The notes beneath the pieces were generated by a model. The model saw only the letters and a program-made list of their open reading frames with translations. It had not been told where the DNA came from and did not search any database. DNA of 61,998 bases, counting the filler. It is 12 parts of 12 records of this genome, joined end to end, with 100 filler letters (N's around TTAATTAATTAA, not from the genome) between each part and the next. Parts side by side here need not be neighbours in the genome. Positions count along the whole stretch, not along the records: positions 19,465 to 23,619 come from SRR7504441_12386; positions 23,720 to 27,073 come from SRR7504441_12392; positions 27,174 to 33,860 come from SRR7504441_12401; 9 more parts are not named here. One strand, given 5' to 3'. Below are positions 22,036-33,960 of the stretch, piece by piece. How positions within the stretch are numbered: position 1 is the stretch's first letter; each line of letters opens with the position of its first letter. Both the position numbers and the translations under genes were made by a program.

Positions 22036-22586
22036 TGGCGGACACCGTTATTTGCCGTTATTTCTACAGTTCACGTGTCTTGACAAACAGACAAACATGA
22101 TTGTCGATGGAGGCCGATCGCGATGGGTGCATCGGGCCGGGTTAGCCGGGTGCGCTGAGCGTGCCCGCACTCAAGTCTGCCTGCCGTGCCAACGACAGAG
22201 CACCAGTATGGCGCCCTTGCAGCACCGGTTCGTCAACGTGGATCCCGGGATCCTAAAATCTTGTTGTACACTAAGTCTTGTTGTCAATTAGCCGTAGTTG
22301 TGACAATCTTGAGTCCAAACATCATTCTGATCGGCTGCATTAGTTGCCATGATCCTTGATGATACGCGTGGAAATACCCGGCTCGACGAAGAAAAAGAAA
22401 GAAAAGTTTTATCAAATAGATCTAGCTCGCTTTAAAAGGTCGAAGGGCTCCACCCACGCCATCACGTCAGAACCCCGACCGAAGCAGTTGACGCAGTTGA
22501 ACTGGGTGTTCACTGCACTGCGCCGGGATTCTCAGATTTGCTGCGGGCAGTTTTACAGCTTCCCAACTGACCAGCCCAAGCCACGA

Positions 22587-23619
22587 CTAGCCCCCAGGTG
22601 TGGGCCCGGGGCACTGCTTCTTGGGCAGCGGCGGAACCGGCTGGCCGCTGCTATACTTTGTGTCAGTCTTGGCTGTGATCTGGATCGTCTTGGTGTCGAA
22701 GCTGAACGTGGGGTAATACTCAAAGAAAAAGGGAGTCCCCAAAACGCTCAACCCTTCTGGCAGGCAATCACATGGCGTCTCGACATTGGTCACGAACCTG
22801 GGCAAACAGTTTTCCGAGTAGTAGCTCGTTGGACGCACATGAAACTCGACGCTGTTGATGACGAAGACAATGTCGGGCATCTGATCTCGCTTGCTGCAAT
22901 GATTGGTCAGGTCTAGCTTCTTTGAGTGTGCTTGGACTTCTTTGACAACTGCCTCTGGCAACAGCAAATCCGCGGTGCCGGTGTCGAGGAAGCCCTGCAG
23001 CCGCTGGTCGGCGCTGCTGGAACCCTTCACAACCGTCTTGCTACCCACTTTGATAGCGTCGAGCGAAAATTGCCAAAACATCGAGGTGTTGACCACATAC
23101 CCGTACTGGTTCTCATGCGCGTTCAAGGATATGCGGTCAGCGGCCGGCAGAAATGGGACGCACACTGTCTCGCCTCGCACTATACTTGGATCCGAGCCCC
23201 CGAACGTGACGCTCCCAGCTGGGATCCAGCCTCCCTTGGGGGTTGCCTGGAGGCTTACCATTTCCAGATTAAGTGCGAACTCCTCCTTGAGGTTGCTGGT
23301 GCGCAGCATCTGCGGCAGGGTGGTAGAGGCTTGGTCCAACCCCCAGAGCCCATCAAAGCATGCAAACCCGAGCCTCGTGGTTGCAGCAACGACGTAAGCG
23401 TCCGCATCGAGCGCAGAATTACCCGACGGGCTCTCCAACGACACAGGGACGAGGTATTCAGGGCCCTCGATGTATGATCCGCCGTATGCAACGCTCTGGT
23501 TGAGGCTCGAGGTCAGGCCAGTTGTGTTCCAGGGAGGCGGCTTTTCCTCATGGCAGTGATCCGACCCGTTGAAAGACGATGCCCGCATCCACGCTACGGG
23601 CGACCCAATGTCCATCATG
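22587..23619 (-). CDS. Pepsin-like aspartic protease (A1), 5' truncated
   Basis: VAYGGS flap, FDGLWGL, GSVTFGG, FWQF, second catalytic motif LDTGT, VLGTPF..Y..F. The first DTG lies beyond the gap. Confidence 0.85.
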
Positions 23620-23719
23620 NNNNNNNNNNNNNNNNNNNNNNNNNNNNNNNNNNNNNNNNNNNNTTAATTAATTAANNNNNNNNNNNNNNNNNNNNNNNNN
23701 NNNNNNNNNNNNNNNNNNN
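23620..23719. other. Artificial contig linker
   Basis: 44 N + TTAATTAATTAA + 44 N. Confidence 0.99.
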
Positions 23720-23816
23720 CTTGTTGTATTACAACATTACTGTAGGATTGGATTCACCCAGTCAGTTATCCAAAATAACCGACGGGTCCTTGATTACAGC
23801 TGTAGAGGGTGGTCCG

Positions 23817-25558
23817 ATGTCACGACTGCCCCGGGCGCTCGTCCTTGTAGTCTGCCTCGGGCTGCGCTGGGGGGCAGCCGTCACCACCTGCACCAACAGC
23901 GCCGGCATCTCGGCCCCGTGCGGCCCCGGCAACGACGACTGCGACGCCCGCCGGCCCTTCTCGCCCGCTCCTGGCTTCCACGTAATGGATCGCAGCTGCG
24001 GCGAAAAGTGCCCTGCCGGCTCGGGCCCGGGGCTCACTGCGCGGCGCGCAGCGACCCGAACGCCCCGTGCTGGGACCCGGCACACGGCGTTTACCACCTG
24101 ATGTACCAGAAGCACTGCGGACTGCCGGCCGTCGGGGCGCGCGGACAGCCCGGAGGCGGGCCGGTGTTCGGGCACGTGGTGTCGCGCGACTTGGTGCATT
24201 GGGCGCGGATGCCAGTGGCCGTGTGGAATGACCGGCCGTATGACACCTCCAGCATCTTCTCCGGCAGCTGCGTCAGCCGAGGACTCGGCGGGGTCATGAC
24301 GCTGATATATCCTGGCGTCTGCCCCAAGGGCTCGTCTCCCGCCTGCGCTACCGGCACGACGGTGAATCTGGCAATCCCAGCCGACCCAACCGATCCGCTC
24401 GCCACCAACTTTAGCAAGCTAGATCGCCTCAACCCGATCTGTCAGGTGAATGGCTCAGTCGGGCCAGGAGGTGGAGGCCCTCCGGGCTCTGGCGGGGACA
24501 GCAGCGCCGCCTGGCGGACTGCAAGCGGCGAGTGGCGGATTCTGACCCGGGACGCTGTGTACAGCAACGCCTGGTGTTCGGACGATTTCATGCACTGGCG
24601 ATTAGTCGGGCCGCAGCCCGGATTCCCGGGGGGGGCATGCCCGAGTTTCTTTCCGATGCCCAAGGCAGCCGCGAGGGGCGGAGCCACTGCGGGACCGACG
24701 CACGTGTACATGTACTCCGACACGGACCTGCCGAAGCCGCGCACTCACCAGACAGTGGCGATTGTGGGCAGATACTACGACATGGGCAAAGGCTTGGTGG
24801 GCAAGTTTGAGCCAACACCAGGCGTGCGGCCGCAGATCATCGACAACGGCACTTACTATGCCGCCAAGGACTTCTGGGACCAGCCCAACGGCCGGCGGAT
24901 CGTGTGGGGCTGGGCGCAGGTGCCTGGTGGCTGCCAGAGCCTCCCCCGCCAACTCAGCTGGCACCCCGAGCTCGAGCAGCTGCTTTTCGCGCCCATCGAT
25001 GAGCTAGCCGCCCTCCGGGTCGCGCCACCGCTGGCCACGCTCGATGCGCTGCCAATCCGGGCCGGGCGACCTGTCAGCTTAGGTCGGTGGCCTGAAGGGG
25101 CTGCGAATCAGAGCGAAGTGCGGATCGAGTTCCCAGTGACTAGCCGCGAGGCTACGTTTGGCATCGGAATGCTCGCCCCAATCGGCGGAGAGCCGACGCT
25201 CGAGGCGTTTGTGGATTACACCCCTTCGAGGGGAGATGGCGGCTATTGGGTGGTGGCTGTGGGGATCAGGCCGGCTGCCGGAGGCGAGCCGGGCGTGTCG
25301 GGCGAGCTCCGTCTGACGGCACAGGACAAGCACGTGCAGCTCCGAGTGTTTACCGACCACGTGCTGACTGAAGTCTTCTTCAATGGTGGCCGAGTAGCGC
25401 TCACATATCCCGTGGCCGCCGGCCCGGGCGTGGCGCAGGCTCAGTTCACGGCGTTTAGCACAGTGGACACAGTGGCCACCGGGGTGCGGGCGCATCGACT
25501 CAGCGGTATCTGGGTGCCACCGGTGGATGTGGCCCAGGCAGCAGTATCGCCTATATAG
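23817..25558 (+). CDS. Secreted glycoside hydrolase family 32-like protein; intron 24008-24051
   Basis: Signal peptide. Spliced FH..GENDPNA..YHLMYQ, FGHVVSRDLVHW, FSGS, YAAKDF..RRIVWGW, SLPRQL and a C-terminal beta-sandwich LRVFTDH..EVFFNGGR. Confidence 0.88.
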
Positions 25559-25688
25559 TGCTTATTATTTCGCGTAATAAAGGTGAGGATTAGCAGCCTA
25601 GTGCGCGGCTCTAGCCCCGACAAGCTTCCCTCGCTCTCTCGTCGGAACGGCTGCGCCGCATTCCCGAGCAGCTGCAGCCGCCAGTCTG

Positions 25689-25901
25689 CTAGTCCTTGGG
25701 CTCGCTTGATCTCTGATTGACGAACGCCCGCGGGGTCTGGGTCTTGGGCACACCCGCAGGCCGCGGCAAGACCACCCTCTCCTCGCGCTCCTGCTGCTCC
25801 TTCTGATAGTGGACCCAGAGCGGGTAGCCCGACGAGGCGCCCACCGCCGCCAGCGTCACCCCGACGAACCCGAGCACGATCGCCCGCGAGCTGTTCATCA
25901 C
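25689..25901 (-). CDS. Small single-pass membrane protein (hypothetical)
   Basis: About 70 aa, hydrophobic N-terminal helix then a charged tail; head-to-head with the CMC1-like gene. Confidence 0.45.
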   Translation of the reverse strand: MMNSSRAIVLGFVGVTLAAVGASSGYPLWVHYQKEQQEREERVVLPRPAGVPKTQTPRAFVNQRSSEPKD

Positions 25902-25991
25902 AGCACGCGGCGCCGAGACAGCGAGTCAACAACGGCAGCTGCAGCAGCGTCGTGAGCGATGGCTGTCGTGCGGTGAGCACTCGGAAAGGGA

Positions 25992-26425
25992 ATGGACGAC
26001 TCGGGCGCGGGCAAGCTGGTGAACAAGGACAAGGCCCGGGCGAAGCGAGGCGGACTCGGCCGAGTCAAGAGCCCCCACGGTGCCAGGGCTTCCCGCCGGG
26101 CCGCCAGCCGCGGCGGGCAGCAAAGGAGCAGGAGGAGATGCGCGCGCACGCGGTGGACATGTGCCGGCCGACGGTGGAGGACTACGTTGCCTGCACGCGG
26201 GGTGTGCCGGGCTGGGGCCGCTGCTGTAGCTGGGCCGGGCAGACCGGACCATCTCGGGCCTGTGGGCCTGCCGGGACACACTGCACGCGATGGAGCAGTG
26301 CATGCTCAAATAGTAAACTGCTTAGGCCGGCCGGGCCCGAGCGGCCGGGCAGCGAGAACAAGTACGAGCTGGCCAAGCGAGTGAAGGCCAAGCACGACGC
26401 CCAGGCGGCCAGCGGTGCGAGGTAA
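25992..26425 (+). CDS. Twin CX9C mitochondrial COX assembly protein, CMC1-like, multi-exon
   Basis: Spliced MRAHAVDMCRPTVEDYVACT..RTISGLWACRDTLHAMEQCM gives two CX9C motifs with a CMC1-type spacer. Confidence 0.7.
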
Positions 26426-27073
26426 CAGTGGTGTTGAGCCCCCGAGACATCGACCCCAGCGTATAGATTAATCGATCCTGAGGTGGAGGGCAGCCCTTTG
26501 CTAGCCCTGACGGATTTAAAAGTTACACGACCGTGCAGATCGGCCGTCGTGACTTTTCAACACAGAGATTACCAATCGCGACTTCAGGAACGGCGTGTCG
26601 AACAACAATACGTGTGATCGTACGTACTCGTACCGTATAATTATATGTCTCAACTGCCTACATGGTTGGGTTGACTTGCTGTGATTACGTTTAGATCTAC
26701 TAGAGATCTACACTATATATAAGTACATATATTAAAAAGTCGGGGCCCTAAAGCTCACATAAACTAGTCTGAGATCTACACTAGATAATCATAAGCTTAC
26801 GACACATAAGTACTTGCAAGACGTAGAACCCCTAACTGCCTCTGTCCTGACCCAGTTGTCAGGATCTTGAGCAGCAGAAGCACCCGTAAACGCCGATCCG
26901 GGCTGTGTGGTTGCGGAAGCTCTAGTCGGAGCATGAACAGTAGCCTGTTTCTCTCATGATCATGAACAGAGCTTGAGCTGCAGTGGCCCACCCCTTTTGC
27001 AGTTGCCACTGTCGCAGTCGGCGCCAGAGCTGCATGGAGCTCGTGCAGGACCGCCTTGCAGAAGCTCTGCGAC

Positions 27074-27173
27074 NNNNNNNNNNNNNNNNNNNNNNNNNNN
27101 NNNNNNNNNNNNNNNNNTTAATTAATTAANNNNNNNNNNNNNNNNNNNNNNNNNNNNNNNNNNNNNNNNNNNN
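27074..27173. other. Artificial contig linker
   Basis: 44 N + TTAATTAATTAA + 44 N. Confidence 0.99.
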
Positions 27174-30100
27174 GCTGGGAGCGCTGGGCAGTGGGCGGCC
27201 CGAGCCTCTCTCGGCCGAGTTCTGGGAGCTCTTCAGCCAGTGCCCGGCCCTATCCGACCCGTCCGAGCTGACCAAGCTCAAGGCCGAGTGGCTGGACCGC
27301 CCGGACGAGGGCTGGGAGGAGCAGGGCGGCGAGAGCATCCGGCGGTGGCTGGCGGCCGGGCTGGCGGTGCTGCCTCAATGCGAGGCCGAGGCGCCCGGCT
27401 CGTTCCGGGTGCTTAGAGCTTTGCCTGTGCTGGTGCAGCTCGCACGGTTGGATCAGTCGCTCGCTGTTAAGCCGATCCGGCGGCCGCTCGTGCAGCAGGC
27501 CGGGCCATTAGGCGACGACTGGGTGGCGCCCGGGATCGCAGACGAGGAGGCCGATCAGGAGGCCCCGCCGGCACTCCGGCGGGCTGACTCGTTCAGACGA
27601 CACCTGTCAGGCGGGACTGAGGGCCTGATCAGGCTGAGGTGGCCAGCCGTGCCGCCGGTGGCCATCCCGGGGCAGGCTGCTGATCGAGGAAGCCAGCCGG
27701 CAGGCGCCTGAGCTGCAGGCCCAGCTCGGGCAGCTCGAGGCCTCCGGAGCGAGCACTCAGGTGGCCAGGCCGCTCCACAAGCTGAGCCAGGCCAGGTGGC
27801 CACAGCCGCAGCAGCCGTCTCTACGCTGTCCTCGGCCGTCGCTGTGGCCAAACAAGCAGCCATCGAGGCCTCCGCGCGGTTCAGCCAGTCTGAGAACGAC
27901 TTCGCGCAGCTTCTTGAGCGGTGTGCTGCGCTGTGCTTGCTTGGCACACCCGCCGGGGCAGCTTTGGGAACCCTGTGCGCTCCGCGGCTCCAGCCGAGGA
28001 CGACGGGCCTGGCAGTGCCCACCTAGTGCACTATCTTGGTCGAGGTGGCTTGCCAAGCGGTGCGCGGGTCAAGCTGATGTGCCACTGCCAGGCAAAAGAG
28101 GCTTCACTGATGGGAACGCCGACTTGGTGATCGGCCAATGTGGATGCACCACGGGTCTGATTGTGAGCCGGCAGGTGGAGCTCAACGGCCCAACTGGCCT
28201 CGTCCGGTCGCCACTCAGCGACTCGACAGACCCGAATACGCACAACTTTGTGCTCTGCGACCGCCGTAACCACGCCATACGGCAGATTCGAGTCAATGAT
28301 GGGAGCGTTGGCACGCTGGTGGGCCGACAGGGCAGCGGGCATGCTGACGGGCCACTGCACACGGCCCGGCTCTCGTCCCCTGCTGGTGCGTAAGCCGATG
28401 CCAGGACTGATAATGTGCTTGCCTTGCAGGGCTTTGTGTGTGTGAGTCGGGGGAAATAGCAATCGCCGATTCTGGGAATCATGTGGTTCGAATGCTGTGT
28501 CTTGAAAGCGGTACAATTCGCACTATTGCGGGCAGCCCTGGCAAGGTGAGAGGGTCTGATTAATGCCGGCAAATGTGGCGCAGGTCGGGTTTGTGGATGG
28601 GAACAACGCCAGGTTTAGGTTCCCAACAGCGGTGCTCGAAGCCCAGCCAGGAGTTCTGTTCGTGTGTGACTCGATGAATCGGGGTGCTTTGGCTAAAAGC
28701 AGAGACTTTTCCTGAGTGTGCTGTGACAGCCATTCGATGCATTGATGTAAATGAGGGCACGGTCACCACGGTTGCTGTCGGTCCCGACGTTTCGCGGCCG
28801 GAGGCCCTTTGTCACACGGCCGATGGGAGGGTCGCCTTCATCAATTCTGGACCCAATACAATTTGCATACTCGAAAAGGCAGCCTCAGCAAACTCGAATC
28901 AGAAGAAGACCACGCCAAAGATGCCCAAAGGCGCGAAGGTGACCATGTACGAGCCCTCGCATCGGATCAATGTTCTCTGTGCACCTGCAAATGGCAATGG
29001 CGAATCCGCAACAATTGAAAACCCGGTGGCCAAGTGCTCTTGGTTTCATGACGGTGTCGCAGGGTTCTCTGACGCAATGGGCGGATGGCCTTCTTGTCGC
29101 TGACAACGGCAATGGCTGCTTATTTCATCTAGATTTGCAATCCCTCGCGTTGACGCCAATCGAATTGGACTATAGGGCTGGGTCTGGACACGGAGGATAT
29201 AATATGGCAAACGTCCTCGACTTTGTGCCAGATACTTCGATGCCGCCAGGGGTTTTCCTGTGCTGTAATCCAGGCAACAATAACATTTTGCGTCTGTTGC
29301 TTCCTGAAGCACAAACTGCGGTCGAAGAAAGATATTTAGGTCTCAAGGAAAGCGTTCAGAGAGGTGGTGCCAAGCTCGAGACCTTGGTTCAACCACTTGG
29401 CGTGGCCCTACAAGAAGCTTGTCAGACTGTCAGACAGGCTTCCATCGAGGTAACATGCTTGTATGCGTTGATCCACAACGTAGGCCAGGTGTATGACCAG
29501 CGAATTCTTCAGCGTGATCAGAGCTTCATCGATGAGTCGACGCGTGCATTGGAGGCATCGTTGCGATACCATGACCCCGCATCACCAGTTTTAGGGTGTG
29601 TGCTGTCAAACATTGTCTGCCTGGCGCCACGCCTGCACATGCTGAACTTTATATGTGCTGACTTGACTGACGCAATGATTCCGTCATTTCGCGCTGCACT
29701 GATCAAGCGAATCTGCTCAGACGAGAGGTGGGGTGAACACGCCGATGAAGACACCAGTTTCTTTGTTTCCTTGCTTCAGTACTATGGGTGTAAGCTTTTG
29801 GATACTGAATTGGCCGTATCCCTCTTTAACACCTGCGGAGCTGGTGTCGGCCATCCCACGATTGAGCTTCTTTGCAACGTGTTGCGCATCTTATCGCCTG
29901 AAGTCACGACCGACGTACTCCAATGCTCTGATGAGCTAGCCCCGATTCGCCGGGTTGTGGTTTCATGGCTCAAGCATGTATATCCTGGCCCCAGTTGGGG
30001 GAGTTATGGCATTAAAGCAAAGTCGGCCAACAGACCTCGCATAGCAGACTTCCAGGCGGCGGCGGAGTACTGGCAAAGGCTGCAAGACTTTCACGAAGGC

Positions 30101-33100
30101 AGCGTGGAAAGAGAATACCATGGTCTCACGTTTCGCGGAATTATGAGCTGGCTCTGTACCCTTCATTTGGACAATCTGATCAAGTCCTCAGAGAAACAGT
30201 GCGGTGAAAAGACTCTGTTGCGTGCTCTAACTCCAGCTTGTCATTACGCTGCTGAGGGTGTCCGCCCGTCGTGGGGCTGGACATCAGTCTACCATCACGC
30301 TGCTCATCGATCTTATTATACCCAAGCTCCTAACGAAATCCACAGCTGCCTTTACGCGCCTGTCGCAGGAGGCGGTTATGCTGCCTGGCGTGCAACTTTT
30401 AATTACCCGCATCTCCATATGACAGCTTGTGGCTGGTGGTCAAGCAGGCTAGATATGCTTGTAAGGGAAGACATTTGTCCTCAATGCAATTGTAGAGCTA
30501 TTGGTCCTAGCTACGAGAGCTTTCGAGCCTGGTTGCAGATGTCATGTCCTGATTGGCTATTGAGGTCTGCTGGATGGCCCTGCTGGTATCATGAGACTGT
30601 ATGGCAGGTGCATCTGTTCCATTGCCATAGATGCCTCCCAGAGGTCACATTTATACACCAGCTTGAGACTGACCGAGATGCTGGCTTCGCAGGCTTAAAC
30701 CTTCACTTTCACTCGCACTACTGTGCCACAGACGTGCTCACGTCCCTTTGCTTGCATCGGATTTTCCAGAGCACTGGAGTGAGCAGCCAGGCAAGCCTTC
30801 ACCGATCCCTGATACCCTGAGGGACCTAGCTTCTTTGGACACCTGGCAACTCGACGATTTTCTGGAGACCGAATACCACCTTGGTCTGCGCATCGTCCCA
30901 ATGTTGGTGAAAGCAGTAATGGACAGCGTCGCGGAGAATTTGATGGGAAAGCTTCAAAAGCGATTGCATGAACAGATGGGGACAAAGAAGCGTGCCCAGC
31001 TTGCAGATCAGTCGAACTCTGCTGCTGAATTGTTCCAGCTTCTGTTACAAGAGCTTGAACCTTGGTCAGCATTTTCGCGCCTGCTTGTAAGCCTTCAGAG
31101 TCCCTTGTCTCTAGCAACCAAGGCTCGTCTCGAGGCTCTTGGCATACGGCAGTCCATTGACGCGAAGCTGTGGCACGTTATAGCCAGGCCAGGGGCGCAG
31201 CCTCAAGACGCTGGTGCTCCTGGCGAAGCAGCAATGCAAGGGGACGGATTTGGCCGCTATTTGCCAGTGTCAGAGAACATCGCTCTACCGAACAATCGAT
31301 TTGTAGGCGCCCAGTTTGACGAAACTGCGATCATCGGACTGCAAGCACACGCGAGGTGTGTGTTACCTGCTCTGGTTGCTATCCATTCGCTTCTCGTCGA
31401 GGGCACGGTGAACACACAGCTCCTTGAGGATATCTATCGGAAGAGAGAGCTCTTAGGCTGTGTGTGGTGCCTGGTTCGACTCAAAGACAATGCATCGGGT
31501 GCCAAAGCTTTTGATGGATTCAGCGCAAGTTCATTTGTTGGCGAATTCGACCAGATGGTGCAGAGTCTGCATGATACAGCTGTTGCGGCAAAGCGCGATG
31601 CAACATCTCTCGGTGACGTGCTAGAAACCTTTGCAGCAGATTCTTGTGAGTACAGCCACCTCATTCATATTCTTGAAAGCTGGCGACATGTGCGTCTGTG
31701 CGATGCTCTTGCGTTTCTGGGCCAGAAAGCAGCGCGGCCTGATTACGATCTCAAGGTGCATGTAGAAGAAAAGACACTACACCTCGCGCCATTACCACGA
31801 CTGCTGCTTGATGCAGCTACTGGATGGCTGCAGCAGCTCCAAGCGTCGAGGCTGTTCAACAATATATGGTCTGCTTTAGAAGAGGATGCCGGAGTGCCAA
31901 GGTTGAGGCCTGCTGCCCTCTCTTGGCAACAGTTCTACAACCGGCTTGATGATCAGACTCTTAATTTGGCAGGCGCGCAAGAGGTAAGGCTTGATGATCT
32001 TCTCGAGGCAGTCCAACGGCGGACACTGGAAGGCAAGGTGGATGGCAGCCTTTTGCAGAATGAAATCCAGCTGCTTGCTTCCACAGCGCCTGGCTTTGTG
32101 TTTGGACTGGAGGATGAAGCAGTGGTAAGTTGGCAAGAAAGTCATGTCACAAAGCAGTGGGTTGAACAGACGGTTGAACAGCTGCAAATGTTGCAACACT
32201 TTTACAACGTTCAGTCCAGCCAGCCGTGGATTCGCGGCATGCTTTCTAAGATCGAAAGTTTTGTGAAGTCGCCAGATCCAGCATTTCGCAGCAGCATTGA
32301 TGCTTTGGATCGTCTGGCAAGTGTCGACATGCGGGAGGTCTCGCTTGCAGATTTGTCGACGTATGAGCCTGACCTCTCATGCCTGGACATCCGACTTATC
32401 CCGTGTGTTTCACCTAAACTTGTGGATGCGTTAGTGGATCATCACGGCCTTTTCTACTGGCTCTCTACCACCCAGCGCAACGACACGAATTTCACTGCAA
32501 CAATAGAGGTGATCTGGTTAGAAATTACCTGAGGTTATTATTGTTGCCAGATGGCGCATGGTCGAACAGAATTTGAGACTCCGACAGAACTATGGAAGGT
32601 GATCTGAATTCAATAGCCGTTCCTGAGTCATCCTCGTTCTGTCTTTACAGGTGGAGCCCGGCTGCCCAAGCTCTACAGGACGCGTCGACGAGACTGTGCT
32701 CTCGAAATTGCGGACTGTGAGGTCCTTTCTCCACGGACTCTTGTATGATCGCAGGGACACACTAGAACAGGTGGTGGCGTCCTTTGCAGCAATGCCGACG
32801 TTTGAGCTCGATGCTGTGGTTGACGCAATGTCTAGCCTCCATCCACTTTTGGATTCCATTGTCCAGTTGCTTGCTCATGACCAGACAGATGTTGCACCGT
32901 CGAAATTGCGGCTATTACTGAAGCAGGAAGCCTTCTTTGTTCTCCAGATTGACGCTCACGTCACCGGTAACTCGACTGGCCACCATGCACTCTGGCTGGA
33001 GCATAGCGATGGAGGCTCGGGCGTCATGCGCAAGAGTCTGGCCGAACTTCTTGACTTCCAGTCTACGTTGGTACTGGCACCTGCAAGTGGTATCGAGGAG

Positions 33101-33860
33101 AGAGATCAGGAAAAAATGGATTTTGTACACCTCCTTACTTGGATCCAGCTGTATGCAGAAAATGTGATAAAGTTGCATTGTTTGGGTCACTTCGACTATG
33201 TCACCTGGCAGCACCGCATATCACTTGAAGAGAAAGCGGAAACCGTGCGTGGGTACTCTAAAGAGGTGGAAGAAAAGCTTGACCTGTGGGGGAAAACTTT
33301 GGCTGAGAAGCGCCTTGCACACTATCATCTTAACTTCTTACCGATGGCGGCCATTTCACGGCTTGTCGAGCTTCTTCTCTCAGAAAAAGCCGACAATGAT
33401 GCCCTGAAGCCGTTTCTATGGCTAATCGCTCCACACCAAAGCAACCAGACCTACGCTGTTGCCAAATTTGCAAACTCGCTGCGAGCTCAATGGCAAGCTC
33501 AACGAGTTGACGCAGCGTTCACCGCGGTCGAACGGCTCGAGGCTATAGGTACGGCACTGAGCTCTGCTTGCAGTAGCTTTGAGCTGAGGAAGCGCACAAT
33601 AGATCTTCCAGACAAAATCTCAGAGATGGTGGGCCAATCACCGCAACTGCCAGGAATCGGCATGCTGTGTTGCGCACCCAGCCAAGTACTCGAGTGCGTG
33701 CTCTCAGCATATGCATGGTGCCTCGAACCCAGCCCTGACGCAAAGATCTGACGTGCTCTTTTGCAGCCGGGGTGTCCTGCCGGAGAGAGACACATGTCTT
33801 GTATGTGGAGCATCCACAACAATGGAGGTCTGTCCACTGAATATTGATAGTGACTGATAA
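27174..33860 (+). CDS. Giant multi-exon protein: NHL repeats followed by an RNF213/mysterin-like helical region (both ends truncated)
   Basis: NHL repeats at about 28080-29310 (NGPTGL..LCDRRNHAIRQI, DGP..ARLSSPAG, IADSGNHVVR, VADNGN). Near the 3' end, W....AEKR..HYHLNF and CAPSQVLECVLSAY..VLPERDTCLVCGASTTME resemble the segment preceding the AAA+ core of RNF213. Confidence 0.6.
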
Positions 33861-33960
33861 NNNNNNNNNNNNNNNNNNNNNNNNNNNNNNNNNNNNNNNN
33901 NNNNTTAATTAATTAANNNNNNNNNNNNNNNNNNNNNNNNNNNNNNNNNNNNNNNNNNNN
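33861..33960. other. Artificial contig linker
   Basis: 44 N + TTAATTAATTAA + 44 N. Confidence 0.99.
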
